This document shows, in pieces, positions 8,810-20,078 of a DNA stretch of 64,000 bases. The position numbers and the translations under genes are program-made. The number at the start of each line of letters is the position of its first letter. Positions within the stretch are counted from its first letter, which is position 1. The stretch is taken from positions 12,498 to 76,497 of IMG/VR virus record IMGVR_UViG_3300043414_001288. The stretch is one strand, 5' to 3'. Source of the DNA: a virus. Lineage: Duplodnaviria > Caudoviricetes. The notes under the pieces were generated by a model. That model was not told the DNA's origin, ran no database searches, and saw only the letters and a program-made list of their open reading frames with translations.

Positions 8810-11800
8810 TCAACCACCACTACTAATACCAACACGTCTTTCAATTTCAAGTATTCTATTCTTGAGTTCTTGATTTTCTATATCGAGTTCTTTAATAGCA
8901 TTCACAAGAACTGGCAACATCATTGTTTCACGGAGTTTGAGATGATCAGGATCACAAGCATCAACAAGTACTGAAGGACTTGTTTCGTGTTCTAATATAT
9001 TTTGAGCACTAAATCCATATCTACGTGTATTATCTGTAATATTTTTAGAGTTTCTATCTATCCAGTTATATTCAATTGGTTTTATTTTTTGTACAAAATT
9101 CAATCCAAGTGGAACTGGAGTAATATTACCTTTGTCTCTTTCATCGGAAATAATCGTCCAGGCAACTTTAATTGTAGCAGCTGTATGATTAAAGTTACCA
9201 AGAACAATATTATTACTAACCCCAGCAAGAGAAACAAGACCAGGAGTTACACTACTACCAGCGGAAGAACCAATTGCAATATTATTACTTCCAGCAGCAG
9301 ATGCCGGAAATAATGCAGATCTACCAATTGCAACATTATCAGAACCAGTAGTATTATTTCTTCCTGCATAGAAACCAAAAAAGTTATTATAATTTCCAGA
9401 AGTATTCGAACATCCTGCACGATTACCAAAGAAATTATTACCACTTCCAGAATTATTTGTAGCTCCTCCCGCAAAAAGACCAAAATAATTATTAGAACTT
9501 CCAGTAGCAGCTTGCCCAGCTACTGCACCAAAGTAGTTATTGGCAGATCCGCTAACATTAAGACATCCTGCACGAATACCAAAGAAGGTATTATAGTTTC
9601 CAGTAGTATTACATAATCCTGAGGCACACCCAAAGAAAACATTATGACATCCAGTAGATAATGAAGCACCAGCAGAACTACCAATACCAACATTAAAAGG
9701 ACCTGTAACATTAACACCAGGAGTTCCTTTACCAGCACTAAATCCTAAAAAGATATTACTAGAAGCAGTAGTATTAAATTGTCCAGCATAAGTGCCATTG
9801 AAGATATTATGATTTCCAGTAGTATTACTTCTTCCTGCACTATTGCCCTGAAAATTATTACCACAACCAGATGTATTAACAAATCCAGCCAATCTCCCAA
9901 AGAAGATATTATAAGATCCTGTGTTATCCTGTCCCGTCTGAGTTCCAGCAAAGAAATTATTAGTTCCAGAATTATTACACCCAGATTGAGTACCAAAGAA
10001 AATATTATCAAATGCAGCAGTATTTTTTAAACCGGCGAAATTACCAACAAAGAAATTACCAGTACCACTAGTTATTGAAGCACCAGCAGATTGACCAATT
10101 GCTACATTAGCACCTCCACTAATAGCAGCACCACCAATACCTTTACCTGCTCCACAACCAGCAAAGAAATTATGAGAAGCAGTAGTATTACATCCTGCGT
10201 TCAAACCAAAGAAAATATTATAGCATCCACTATTACATCTTCCTGCACCATTACCAAAGAAGTTATTATAATTTCCAGAAGAATTATATTGCCCAGCAGC
10301 ATTACCAAAGAAGTTATTATTACATCCAGTGGTGTTACAACTTCCTGCTATATTACCAAAGAAGTTATTATTACATCCACTGTTGTTAGAAGATCCCGAA
10401 CACCAACCAAAGAAGTTATTGTTATTTCCACCAATATTACTCTGTCCTGCATAAGCACCAATGAAGTTATTACAATTTCCACTAGTATTGGATTTTCCTG
10501 TACTTTTACCTAAAAAGTTATTAAAACATCCAGAAGTTATATTAAAACCAGCACAACTACCAATACCAATATTATTACATCCAGTAATTGAATTAGTATT
10601 TCCTCTACCAGCATTAAAACCAGCAAAGAAGTTACTAGAACCAGTTGTAATACAACATCCAGCACATTCCCCAAACAAGTTATTATCAGTTGCGGAAGTT
10701 ATATTCAGACCAGCACTATTACCAAAAATATTATTAGATGATGCAGTAGATCCAGCTTGTCCTCTTCCCGCAAGATTACCAAAGAAGTTATTATTAATTC
10801 CAGAAGTATTATTAAGACCAGCAGAACAACCAAAGAAGTTATTGTTATTTCCATTCGTAGCATTTGAACATCCAGCATAACGACCAAAGAAGTTATTGTA
10901 AGATCCAGTACCGCTAGTACATCCTGTTCTGTCTCCAAAGAAATTATTATGATTTCCTGTATTCGAAAGTCCAGCACAAGAACCAAAGAAGTTATTACAA
11001 CTTCCTGTACTATTTCTTCCTGCACAAGAACCAAAATAATTATTAGAATTTCCTGTAGTATTAACAAAACCAGAATTAAATCCAAAGAAAATATTATTAA
11101 GTGCAGAAGTTAATGAAGCACCAGCAGAAGCACCAATCGCTACATTACAACTCCCACTAATAACAGCACCACCAATTCCTTTACCTGCTCCACAACCAAC
11201 AAAGAAGTTAAAACAACCAGTAGTATTATTACATCCAGAATTAAATCCAAAGAAAGTATTATAAAGACCAGAAGTTAATGAAGCACCAGTAAAACTACCA
11301 ATACCAATATTATGAGAACCACTCAAGGCACTACCACCCAATCCTTTAGCTGCTCCAAATCCAGCAAAGAAGTTATGAGTACCAATAGTAATACAACATC
11401 CTGATTGATTACCTAAAAATATATTATCAGAACCAGTAGATAGGTTACAAGCAGTAAAAGAACCAATTCCTATATTATTTGAACCAGTAACTGAAGAAGC
11501 ATTTCCTCTACCTGCACTAGACCCAACAAAGAAGTTACTAGAACCAGTGGTAGAACAACATCCTGCATAACAACCAAAGAAGATATTATAATTTCCTGTA
11601 CTATTATTTCTTCCTGCATTAAATCCAAAGAAGGTATTATTACATCCAAGAGTATTATTTCTTCCAGAATAACGACCAAAGAAGTTATTATGACATGCAG
11701 AAGTATTATTAGTTCCAGCACTACAACCAAAGAAATTGTTATAGCATCCAGTATTATTAGACAGTCCAGCATAACGACCAAAGAAGTTATTATCTTTTCC

Positions 11801-14800
11801 AGTAGTATTAACTTTTCCTGCAAATAATCCAAAGAAATTATTATAAGCACCATTAGTTATTGAAGCACCGGCAGAACATCCAATTGCTACATTGTGACTA
11901 GCACTATTAGAAGCACCACCAATACCTCTACCTGCCCCAAACCCAGCAAAGAAATTATGAGAAGCAGTGGTATTACATCCTGAGTAACAACCAAGGAAGA
12001 TATTATTGCAACCATTAACATTCAATCTTCCTGCACTAGCACCAGCAAATAAATTATTAAGAGCACCAGAAATAGAACAACCAGTATTACCATCACCAAT
12101 CCTAATATTATTATTAGAAAAACTTAAAGTTCCACCAATCGAAACAGTTGTTGTTGGATTTGTGGTTCCAATGCCAACACCAGTAGTATTGACACGCATT
12201 TTTTCATTTGCTGCTAATGTTCCACCAGCAAAGAATGAAAGAAAATTATTTGATGCTGCACCAATTGATAAGTTTACACCTTGTGAATACAAATATCCAT
12301 CAGTAGCACCATTAATTGTCCAACCAGCATTACTAAATGTACTATTATTAATACCCAAATCAATAAATTTATCACTATCACTACCACTATCTGCTGTAAC
12401 AATAAAATCAGCAGAACCAGAAGTATTTACATTTCGATTATTAACTTGAGTATAATTTGAGTTATTTCCAGTGAAGTCAGCAATTGCAACACCAGTAACA
12501 TTTAATCCTAAAGTTGCAGCAGTATTATCTGCAACTGTAAATTTATATAATGGATTTGTAGTTCCAATACCCAAATTACCACTTGATGGAATAAAAGTTA
12601 ATCCATTACTTGTGGAAAAAGAAGTATATAAACCAGAATTAGTTGTTAAAAATCCAATATATTGTACTGATGGTGCTGATGATAATACTGCACTAAGACC
12701 AGTCAAACCAGTTAAACTACTACCATCTCCAAAATACTTGGTAGCAGTTACAATACCAGATGAAGAAACAAGAAAATTAGTACCTACTTGTAAAGCAGAT
12801 GATGGAGAAAAAGTTCCAATACCAAAATTAGTAGAAGAAGAAGGTGCTATAATATTTCCACCAGCATCCACATCGAATAGGACTTTTGCATTTACATCTG
12901 CTACACGGAATAAAGATCCATCACTAATATTATCATTTACAAGTAATAGTGAGGTTCCCGTAGAGGTATTAGCAATTGATAATCTTCCTGATGGAGCAGA
13001 AGTACCTATACCAACTCTTACATTTGCAGCATCATAATTAAAGTAAGGAGCACCAGTAAAACTACCACCAATATTAACTTGAACTTGTCCTGAAGTACCT
13101 GCTGCTCCAGTAACAGATCCAGCAACCTTAGCAGTCAATATACCAGTAATAATGGCATCACCAACTACATGCAACTTACTAGTTGGATTGGTAAGTGTAG
13201 AACCAATACCAACATTACCGACAACTGGCATTAAGATAGTACCGGAACTATCTACATCGAATAATAGATTACCATCAGTATCATTTACACGGAATAAAGA
13301 TCCATCAGTTAAGTTATCATTCACCAAAAGCAATGATTTTCCCGTAGAGGTATTAGCAATTGATAATCTTCCTGATGGAACAGAAGTACCTATACCAACT
13401 GAAACTGTAGATGGATTATAATTAAAGTAAGGAGCACCAGTAAAACTACCACCAATATTAACTTGAACTTGTCCTGAAGTACCTGCTGCTCCAGAAACAG
13501 TTCCAGCAACCTTAGCAGTCAATATACCAGTAATAATGGCATCACCGAAGACATGTAACTTACTAGTCGGATTAGTGGTAGCAATACCAACATTACCAGT
13601 TACATAAGCATTATTGAGTATATTAGCATCATTCATTCTGGCAGTTAATATACCACTAACTAGAACATCACCAACTACATGCAACTTACTAGTTGGATTG
13701 GTAAGTGTAGTACCAATACCAACATTACCGACAACTGGCATTAAGATAGTACCGGAACTATCTACATCGAATAATAGATTACCATCAGTATCATTTACAC
13801 GGAATAAAGATCCATCAGTTAAGTTATCATTCACCAAAAGCAATGATTTTCCCGTAGAGGTATTAGCAATTGATAATCTTCCTGATGGAGCAGAAGTACC
13901 TATACCAACTCTTACATTTGCAGCATCATAATTAAAGTAAGGAGCACCAGTAAAACTACCACCAATATTAACTTGAACTTGTCCTGAAGTACCTGCTGCT
14001 CCAGTAACAGATCCAGCAACCTTAGCAGTTAATATACCAGTAACAACAGCATTACCACCAACAAACATATCACCAGAAAAAGAACCACTACCACCAACAG
14101 TCAACTTACTAGTTGGATTGGTAAGTGTAGAACCAATACCAACATTACCGACAACTGGCATTAAGATAGTACCGGAACTATCTACATCGAATAATAGATT
14201 ACCATCAGTATCATTTACACGGAATAAAGATCCATCAGTTAAGTTATCATTCACCAAAAGCAATGATTTTCCCGTAGAGGTATTAGCAATTGATAATCTT
14301 CCTGATGGAGCAGAAGTACCTATACCAACTCTTACATTTGCAGCATCATAATTAAAGTAAGGAGCTCCAGTAAAACTACCACCAATATTAACTTGAACTT
14401 GTCCTGTAGTACCTGCTGCCCCAGTAACAGTTCCAGCAACCTTAGCAGTCAATATACCAGTAATAATGGCATCACCGAAGACATGTAACTTACTAGTTGG
14501 ATTGGTAAGTGTAGTACCAATACCAACATTACCGACAACTGGCATTAAGATAGTACCGGAACTATCTACATCGAATAGGACTTTTGCATTTACATCTGCT
14601 ACACGGAATAAAGATCCATCACTAATATTATCATTTACAAGTAATAGTGAGGTTCCCGTAGAGGTATTAGCAATTGATAATCTTCCTGATGGAGCAGAAG
14701 TACCTATACCAACTCTTACATTTGCAGCATCATAATTAAAGTAAGGAGCACCAGTAAAACTACCACCAATATTAACTTGAACTTGTCCTGTAGTACCTGA

Positions 14801-16945
14801 TGCCCCAGTAACAGATCCAGCAACCTTAGCAGTCAATATACCAGTAATAATGGCATTACCACCAACAAACATATCACCACCAACAGTCAACTTACTAGTT
14901 GGAAAAGTGACTGTAGTGCCAATACCAACATTACCGCTGGTTAGCATAGATATAGTCCCACCAGCATCAACGTCAAATAATGGAATTCCACTATTATCAT
15001 TTACACGGAATAAAGTACCATCACTTAAATTATCATTCACTAAAAGCAATGAACTTCCTGTAGTTGTATTAGCAATTGATAACCTACCTGTTGCGATAGA
15101 AGTACCTATACCAACTCTTACATTTGTAGCATCATAATTAAAGTAAGGAGCTCCAGTAAAACTACCACCAATATTAACTTGAACTTGTCCTGTAGTACCT
15201 GCTGCCCCAGTAACAGTTCCAGCAACCTTGGCAGTTAATATACCAGTAACAACAGCATTACCACCAACAAACATATCACCAGAAAAAGAACCACTACCAC
15301 CAACAGTCAACTTACTAGTTGGAAAAGTGACTGTAGTGCCAATACCAACATTACCGCTGGTTAGCATAGATATAGTCCCACCAGCATCTACATCAAATAA
15401 TGGAACCCCACTATTATCATTTACACGGAATAAAGTACCATCAGTTAAGTTATCATTCACTAAAAGCAATGAACTTCCTGTAGTTGTATTAGCAATTGAT
15501 AACCTACCTGCTGGGACAGAAGTACCTATACCAACAGAAATTTTAGTTTCATCATAATTAAAATATTGTGCGCCAGATGTCAAACCAGATTTATTGAATT
15601 GTACTTGTCCAGGAAGACCTGCCGAACCTCCAGTACTGATACCACTTAAGGTACTTCCATCTCCATAAAATTTATTAGCAGTAACAACACCAATAAATTT
15701 ACCATCACCTATAACATCTAATCTTGATTTAGGAGCAGAAGAACCAATACCCACATTAAATGTTAATTTATCAAAAGTAAAAAATGATGCTCCACCAAAA
15801 GAACCATTATCATTAAATTGAACTGTTCCAGATGGTCCAGTCGCTGCCAAACCAGCAGCAGAACCCACAACAGGACCCCAAACAACTTTAGTACCATCTC
15901 CACTTATTTTTAATGCCTGATTTGCATTTCCGGTAAATCCATCATTATCAAGTATTAAACCACCAAGAGATATTGAAGTAACACCCAATCTTTTTGTGGA
16001 AGGAGTAAAACTTAAACTACCAGCAGTACCAATTCCAAGAGTAGCAGTACTTCCTGCACCTAATACAAATGTAAGAAATTGTGTTTCAATTGAGCTAGTC
16101 GTAGCAACACCAACAGTAGCACTAGAATTGACCCACTGAAGCCCAGTTCCTGTTGATTGAAGAAATTGACCATTATTTCCAGAAGTGTTTGCAGCACCAG
16201 CAAAAATTCCTCCAGTAATTCTTACATCACCTTGAACATGTAAAGTATTTGTTGGTGCTGTGGTTCCAATTCCTAATGAACCAACTCCACTATTACCAGG
16301 AGCAAAAACAAATTGAGTACTTGTCGCAAAGGAAGTATTAATACCAGAAGAAACTGATGAAAATCCAATAAATTGCGGTGTTGTTGTGGTAGATAATGAT
16401 ATTGTATTTGGAACTAGTCCAGTTAAGTTACTACCATCACCATAATATTTTAATGCCTTTGTAGTACCATCAGAACTTACAGTAAATCCAGTTCCTACTT
16501 GAAAAGTATCTGCAGGATTTACAGTACCAATACCAATTTTTCCATATAATGGATTAAATACAAAGAATTTACTTGAAACTCTTGCAGCAGTTTCTACCCC
16601 TGATGTATTAGATACAAATGTGGGATAAACATATGTATCAGTTAAATTATCATCAGTAATGGTTATAGCATTAGCAGAACTCCATATAACACTAGATCCG
16701 GTAGATACTAATACTTGCCCATAAGTTCCAGTTGTATTCGTACCATCATATAACTTACCAGGAGTTATATTATCAACATTTAAATTATTAAATTTAGCAG
16801 TCGTATAAGTTACAGCAGTTCCAGTCAATGAAGTAATGGAACCAACACCAGCATTTATATTTCCAATAGTTTCAGTACCACTTACGGTTAAATCTTTAAC
16901 CTGTAGGGGTTCGTTAGAGTTGTGACTAAACTGATTGATTGCCAT
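8810..16945 (-). CDS. Giant tail fibre with ~125-aa repeats, Cys-rich YadA-head-like beta-roll repeats and a C-terminal peptidase S74-type intramolecular chaperone
   Basis: 2711 aa. About 7 GQVQ..YFNY..VGIGT..RLSIANT..LFRVND units, dozens of N(x)FFGxxAGxxNTxG units, then SDERDKGNITPVPLGLNFVQKIKPIEYNW and a terminal coiled coil. Confidence 0.8.
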   Translation of the reverse strand: MAINQFSHNSNEPLQVKDLTVSGTETIGNINAGVGSITSLTGTAVTYTTAKFNNLNVDNITPGKLYDGTNTTGTYGQVLVSTGSSVIWSSANAITITDDNLTDTYVYPTFVSNTSGVETAARVSSKFFVFNPLYGKIGIGTVNPADTFQVGTGFTVSSDGTTKALKYYGDGSNLTGLVPNTISLSTTTTPQFIGFSSVSSGINTSFATSTQFVFAPGNSGVGSLGIGTTAPTNTLHVQGDVRITGGIFAGAANTSGNNGQFLQSTGTGLQWVNSSATVGVATTSSIETQFLTFVLGAGSTATLGIGTAGSLSFTPSTKRLGVTSISLGGLILDNDGFTGNANQALKISGDGTKVVWGPVVGSAAGLAATGPSGTVQFNDNGSFGGASFFTFDKLTFNVGIGSSAPKSRLDVIGDGKFIGVVTANKFYGDGSTLSGISTGGSAGLPGQVQFNKSGLTSGAQYFNYDETKISVGIGTSVPAGRLSIANTTTGSSLLLVNDNLTDGTLFRVNDNSGVPLFDVDAGGTISMLTSGNVGIGTTVTFPTSKLTVGGSGSFSGDMFVGGNAVVTGILTAKVAGTVTGAAGTTGQVQVNIGGSFTGAPYFNYDATNVRVGIGTSIATGRLSIANTTTGSSLLLVNDNLSDGTLFRVNDNSGIPLFDVDAGGTISMLTSGNVGIGTTVTFPTSKLTVGGDMFVGGNAIITGILTAKVAGSVTGASGTTGQVQVNIGGSFTGAPYFNYDAANVRVGIGTSAPSGRLSIANTSTGTSLLLVNDNISDGSLFRVADVNAKVLFDVDSSGTILMPVVGNVGIGTTLTNPTSKLHVFGDAIITGILTAKVAGTVTGAAGTTGQVQVNIGGSFTGAPYFNYDAANVRVGIGTSAPSGRLSIANTSTGKSLLLVNDNLTDGSLFRVNDTDGNLLFDVDSSGTILMPVVGNVGIGSTLTNPTSKLTVGGSGSFSGDMFVGGNAVVTGILTAKVAGSVTGAAGTSGQVQVNIGGSFTGAPYFNYDAANVRVGIGTSAPSGRLSIANTSTGKSLLLVNDNLTDGSLFRVNDTDGNLLFDVDSSGTILMPVVGNVGIGTTLTNPTSKLHVVGDVLVSGILTARMNDANILNNAYVTGNVGIATTNPTSKLHVFGDAIITGILTAKVAGTVSGAAGTSGQVQVNIGGSFTGAPYFNYNPSTVSVGIGTSVPSGRLSIANTSTGKSLLLVNDNLTDGSLFRVNDTDGNLLFDVDSSGTILMPVVGNVGIGSTLTNPTSKLHVVGDAIITGILTAKVAGSVTGAAGTSGQVQVNIGGSFTGAPYFNYDAANVRVGIGTSAPSGRLSIANTSTGTSLLLVNDNISDGSLFRVADVNAKVLFDVDAGGNIIAPSSSTNFGIGTFSPSSALQVGTNFLVSSSGIVTATKYFGDGSSLTGLTGLSAVLSSAPSVQYIGFLTTNSGLYTSFSTSNGLTFIPSSGNLGIGTTNPLYKFTVADNTAATLGLNVTGVAIADFTGNNSNYTQVNNRNVNTSGSADFIVTADSGSDSDKFIDLGINNSTFSNAGWTINGATDGYLYSQGVNLSIGAASNNFLSFFAGGTLAANEKMRVNTTGVGIGTTNPTTTVSIGGTLSFSNNNIRIGDGNTGCSISGALNNLFAGASAGRLNVNGCNNIFLGCYSGCNTTASHNFFAGFGAGRGIGGASNSASHNVAIGCSAGASITNGAYNNFFGLFAGKVNTTGKDNNFFGRYAGLSNNTGCYNNFFGCSAGTNNTSACHNNFFGRYSGRNNTLGCNNTFFGFNAGRNNSTGNYNIFFGCYAGCCSTTGSSNFFVGSSAGRGNASSVTGSNNIGIGSFTACNLSTGSDNIFLGNQSGCCITIGTHNFFAGFGAAKGLGGSALSGSHNIGIGSFTGASLTSGLYNTFFGFNSGCNNTTGCFNFFVGCGAGKGIGGAVISGSCNVAIGASAGASLTSALNNIFFGFNSGFVNTTGNSNNYFGSCAGRNSTGSCNNFFGSCAGLSNTGNHNNFFGDRTGCTSGTGSYNNFFGRYAGCSNATNGNNNNFFGCSAGLNNTSGINNNFFGNLAGRGQAGSTASSNNIFGNSAGLNITSATDNNLFGECAGCCITTGSSNFFAGFNAGRGNTNSITGCNNIGIGSCAGFNITSGCFNNFLGKSTGKSNTSGNCNNFIGAYAGQSNIGGNNNNFFGWCSGSSNNSGCNNNFFGNIAGSCNTTGCNNNFFGNAAGQYNSSGNYNNFFGNGAGRCNSGCYNIFFGLNAGCNTTASHNFFAGCGAGKGIGGAAISGGANVAIGQSAGASITSGTGNFFVGNFAGLKNTAAFDNIFFGTQSGCNNSGTNNFFAGTQTGQDNTGSYNIFFGRLAGFVNTSGCGNNFQGNSAGRSNTTGNHNIFNGTYAGQFNTTASSNIFLGFSAGKGTPGVNVTGPFNVGIGSSAGASLSTGCHNVFFGCASGLCNTTGNYNTFFGIRAGCLNVSGSANNYFGAVAGQAATGSSNNYFGLFAGGATNNSGSGNNFFGNRAGCSNTSGNYNNFFGFYAGRNNTTGSDNVAIGRSALFPASAAGSNNIAIGSSAGSSVTPGLVSLAGVSNNIVLGNFNHTAATIKVAWTIISDERDKGNITPVPLGLNFVQKIKPIEYNWIDRNSKNITDNTRRYGFSAQNILEHETSPSVLVDACDPDHLKLRETMMLPVLVNAIKELDIENQELKNRILEIERRVGISSGG
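12850..15650 (-). repeat. About 7 coding tandem repeats of ~375-390 bp
   Basis: Recurrent KVAG(S/T)VTGAAGT(S/T)GQVQVNIGGSFTGAPYFNY blocks with high DNA identity. Boundaries approximate. Confidence 0.85.
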
Positions 16946-16965
16946 TTTTTTTAGTTATATCGGAA

Positions 16966-19900
16966 TTATGCTTGTGCTTCTGTCCAAGAAATTCTTGTAG
17001 CAACATTTGTTGGAGTAGATGTTAAATTAGTTGCTATAATTGTAAGTGTATCAGGTCCATCTGGATAGATATTTGTTGCCGATGTTGCCGCACCACCACC
17101 AAGAATACAATTTCCCAAGTCACGAACTGATGTTAAATCAATACTATTTGCACCAGTTCCAACAAAGAAACCAGCAATAACTTCACCACCACTTACTTGA
17201 ACACCTGTTGCTCCACCCAAATTTACATAGTCAGCAATTTGTGCTAAACTTGAGTTTTGAGCACCAAACACATTACCAACAGCATTTGTCCAAGTTGCTG
17301 CAGTAGTTGGAGTAGCATTTAAGAATGCCCTTACAAGAATATTAGAGCTTGCCGTAAGTGAAGTAAGGTCAAGAGTACGAAGAACTAATTGCATTCGATT
17401 GATAAGTTCTCTTTGTCCAAATGCTGCTACAATTCCTTGATCAACTGATGGTGCAACACGAATTGCTAGTAGTGCTCGTGTTGATCCAAGAGTTCCTGCT
17501 GCCGCAAGAGATGTAGATCCAGTCTGTCCGTATGTGAATACCAAAGATTTATCATCATCAAATCTACCATCCATTATCACACTTGTACCCCAGTGAGAGA
17601 TTGAAGGAGCAAAAGTAGGAAATGCCAATTCTACAGGAACTGGTGCAGTTGCGGAATAACTAAAGGTTTGTGCAGTTGTTACTCCCATCGGAGCAAAAGT
17701 AACTGCAACACCAGAAAGAGTAGAAGTTGCTGCTTGACTAAAAACTAATGTTCCAGGAGTAATATCAGCAATATATGCTCCTTCTGGAATTGCAGTACTA
17801 ATTACTTTTTGACCGATTTGTAAATTTGCTGTAGATGCCGTCGCTACAATTGAACTTTGAGCAATTGATACTGCAGTAACACCTCCGCTTTGTGCTCTTG
17901 TTAATCCAGTAAATGTATTACCAGAAACACCTGTATAATTTACATACTCATACTTAACCGTATCACGAATAACTAATGTTCCTCTCGGTGGAAAATTAGA
18001 AGTACTACCAACGCTAATTGTGGTGTCACTTGTTCCAACAGAACTAGTCAAATAAGTCGCAGGTGGAATAGTTGATGTTTCATAACGTCCTGGTAAGTTA
18101 CCAGAACGCATATAAGCTTCAGTATTTACATTATTATTAGCTAGTTTATGAACATAAATCACATCTCCATTTTGTCCTCTCACTCCCCAACGAACAAATC
18201 CTGCACCATACCAAGAATAATCAATATAGAACATCTGCATCTTGGTTAAGTCAATATTATAACCAGAAGGACCAGTACCATCACACCTATCCAAATTCCA
18301 AGAAGATTGTGGAATTCTTGTATCTATAGTTTTTGATGGAATTACAAAATTAGCAGATGCTGCTCGATATGCTGGACTAATTGTTAATTGAATATCACTA
18401 ATAATATCAATTACACGATAAGATTGACCACGTAGAACAATATAATCACCAACATTAATTTGAGCAGAAAAAGAAGTCGGAAATGATGGATCAGTTTGAA
18501 CTAAAGTATTTGAATTATTTACTACCGAAACCTTTCCGGAAAGTTGATATGTAGAATTTCTACGAACAGCATAAAGTGTTTGTCCATCATATTCAAAAAA
18601 TAATCCATTTTGTTGATCAAATATACCCAATCTATTTGCGGCACCATACCAATTAGAAATTGACATATTATAAGTTCCACTTGCTTTTGTTGTAGATAAA
18701 CCAACAGTGGAAGCATATGAAACTTTATTATATCCAGTCACACCAGATACAGTAAATGTACCATTATATCCTGCTTCATTTACTCCAGAAATTACAATTT
18801 GAGTACCAGGAGACACAAATTGAATATTATGAATATCTTTTGTTTGAACTGTAATAGTACTTCCAGCACTTACACCAGAAGCAGTAATAGCATCAATTTG
18901 AATATTTGGTTTTAAGCAAGTACCTGAACTAACTTGAATACCTTTACCGGATTGATAACGGAAGTATCTTCTGGTTTGACGAATTGCTTGTTCAAAATTA
19001 GAAGATCCATTAGTACTAAACAATATTCCACCATCGAATGGACGATGTAAGAATTGAGCACTAGGAGATACAAAAATTGAAGCATTACTAAAGTTAAGTC
19101 CAGAAGCAAGAGCAGTTGAATAAAATGTAAAAGAAGTGGGATTGGTTATTGAAGAAATAATAAATGTACCGTTTGGTGGATTGGTTCCAGTAATACCAGC
19201 AATTGCAACTTCATTACCAATCGAAAGTCCATGTTGATTAGAAGTAATTACCGTAACTGCCAATCCAACAGTATCAACTTGAATATTTGCGGGAGAACTA
19301 CCAATTCTTGCGTTCGAATAAGTCGATCCACTAAAAATACCCGTTTTATTCGGATCTAAAATATTTGTAATTAATGTAGAATTTTGAGATTTTGCTGTAT
19401 AAGTAAAGATTGTACCACCGCCACCTATATTTTCAACTAAAAAGTTTCCATTTGCAACACTTAAAATACTATCTTGAACAGTAATAGCACTTCCAATACC
19501 AGGACCAACATTTGCCAATTGAACAGTTACTATTTTGCTACCAGTATTCATCGTGATTGAATTGATCGTTCCGACACCAACTGGTGATGAAAAAACAAAT
19601 GGACGATTATTAATCATAGCAAGATTTTCCCACTTAGATAATTGAGTACCGTACTCAAAGTCGGTATCAATCAGTGCCTGTGGTTGTGATGTGCGGAACT
19701 TATTTACAGGATCTTGAAATATTTCAGCAGGAGAAAACTTTTCTTCATACTCATCAATAGTAATCTGAAGTTTATCACTACTACTCATTGAAGAAGTATT
19801 ATAATTCAATGTCAGAATAGTAGTAGATGATGCACCAGTTGATGTTACTGTATATGTATTTGCTTTTAGATTTGGATCAGAAAAATTATAAATTACTTGA

Positions 19901-20028
19901 TTTTTTGTTACATTCGTAATTAATACTAATCTTTCTCTTGGTACACTACGAGGAATTACAATTGTACCGCTTCCAGTTCCACCAGGAGTAAAGGTATAAC
20001 CAGTTTCAAGTAATACTTTTCTTGACAT
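16966..20028 (-). CDS. Large virion structural protein (beta-rich)
   Basis: 1020 aa. MSRKVLLETGYTFTP start, QPQALIDTDFEYG and MQMFYIDYSWYGAGFVRWG motifs that recall cyanomyovirus structural proteins. Confidence 0.6.
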   Translation of the reverse strand: MSRKVLLETGYTFTPGGTGSGTIVIPRSVPRERLVLITNVTKNQVIYNFSDPNLKANTYTVTSTGASSTTILTLNYNTSSMSSSDKLQITIDEYEEKFSPAEIFQDPVNKFRTSQPQALIDTDFEYGTQLSKWENLAMINNRPFVFSSPVGVGTINSITMNTGSKIVTVQLANVGPGIGSAITVQDSILSVANGNFLVENIGGGGTIFTYTAKSQNSTLITNILDPNKTGIFSGSTYSNARIGSSPANIQVDTVGLAVTVITSNQHGLSIGNEVAIAGITGTNPPNGTFIISSITNPTSFTFYSTALASGLNFSNASIFVSPSAQFLHRPFDGGILFSTNGSSNFEQAIRQTRRYFRYQSGKGIQVSSGTCLKPNIQIDAITASGVSAGSTITVQTKDIHNIQFVSPGTQIVISGVNEAGYNGTFTVSGVTGYNKVSYASTVGLSTTKASGTYNMSISNWYGAANRLGIFDQQNGLFFEYDGQTLYAVRRNSTYQLSGKVSVVNNSNTLVQTDPSFPTSFSAQINVGDYIVLRGQSYRVIDIISDIQLTISPAYRAASANFVIPSKTIDTRIPQSSWNLDRCDGTGPSGYNIDLTKMQMFYIDYSWYGAGFVRWGVRGQNGDVIYVHKLANNNVNTEAYMRSGNLPGRYETSTIPPATYLTSSVGTSDTTISVGSTSNFPPRGTLVIRDTVKYEYVNYTGVSGNTFTGLTRAQSGGVTAVSIAQSSIVATASTANLQIGQKVISTAIPEGAYIADITPGTLVFSQAATSTLSGVAVTFAPMGVTTAQTFSYSATAPVPVELAFPTFAPSISHWGTSVIMDGRFDDDKSLVFTYGQTGSTSLAAAGTLGSTRALLAIRVAPSVDQGIVAAFGQRELINRMQLVLRTLDLTSLTASSNILVRAFLNATPTTAATWTNAVGNVFGAQNSSLAQIADYVNLGGATGVQVSGGEVIAGFFVGTGANSIDLTSVRDLGNCILGGGAATSATNIYPDGPDTLTIIATNLTSTPTNVATRISWTEAQA

Positions 20029-20069
20029 TTAAAAAAATCCTCTACCTTATGTTTTTACTTATGATACTT

Positions 20070-20077
20070 TATTTATA
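20070..20077 (-). promoter_or_regulatory. T4-type late promoter TATAAATA
   Basis: Exact match upstream of 20028. Other exact copies at 3483-3490, 5708-5715 and 6574-6581. NATAAATA/CTAAATA variants at 774, 1164, 23876, 37508, 37753, 38101, 46486 and 50414, all just upstream of minus-strand starts. Confidence 0.8.
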
Positions 20078-20078
20078 A

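Noticed and set aside
9002-15557. Numerous short plus-strand and alternate-frame ORFs within the 2711-aa gene
   Set aside because: They repeat with the same period as the fibre repeats and are low-complexity shadows.
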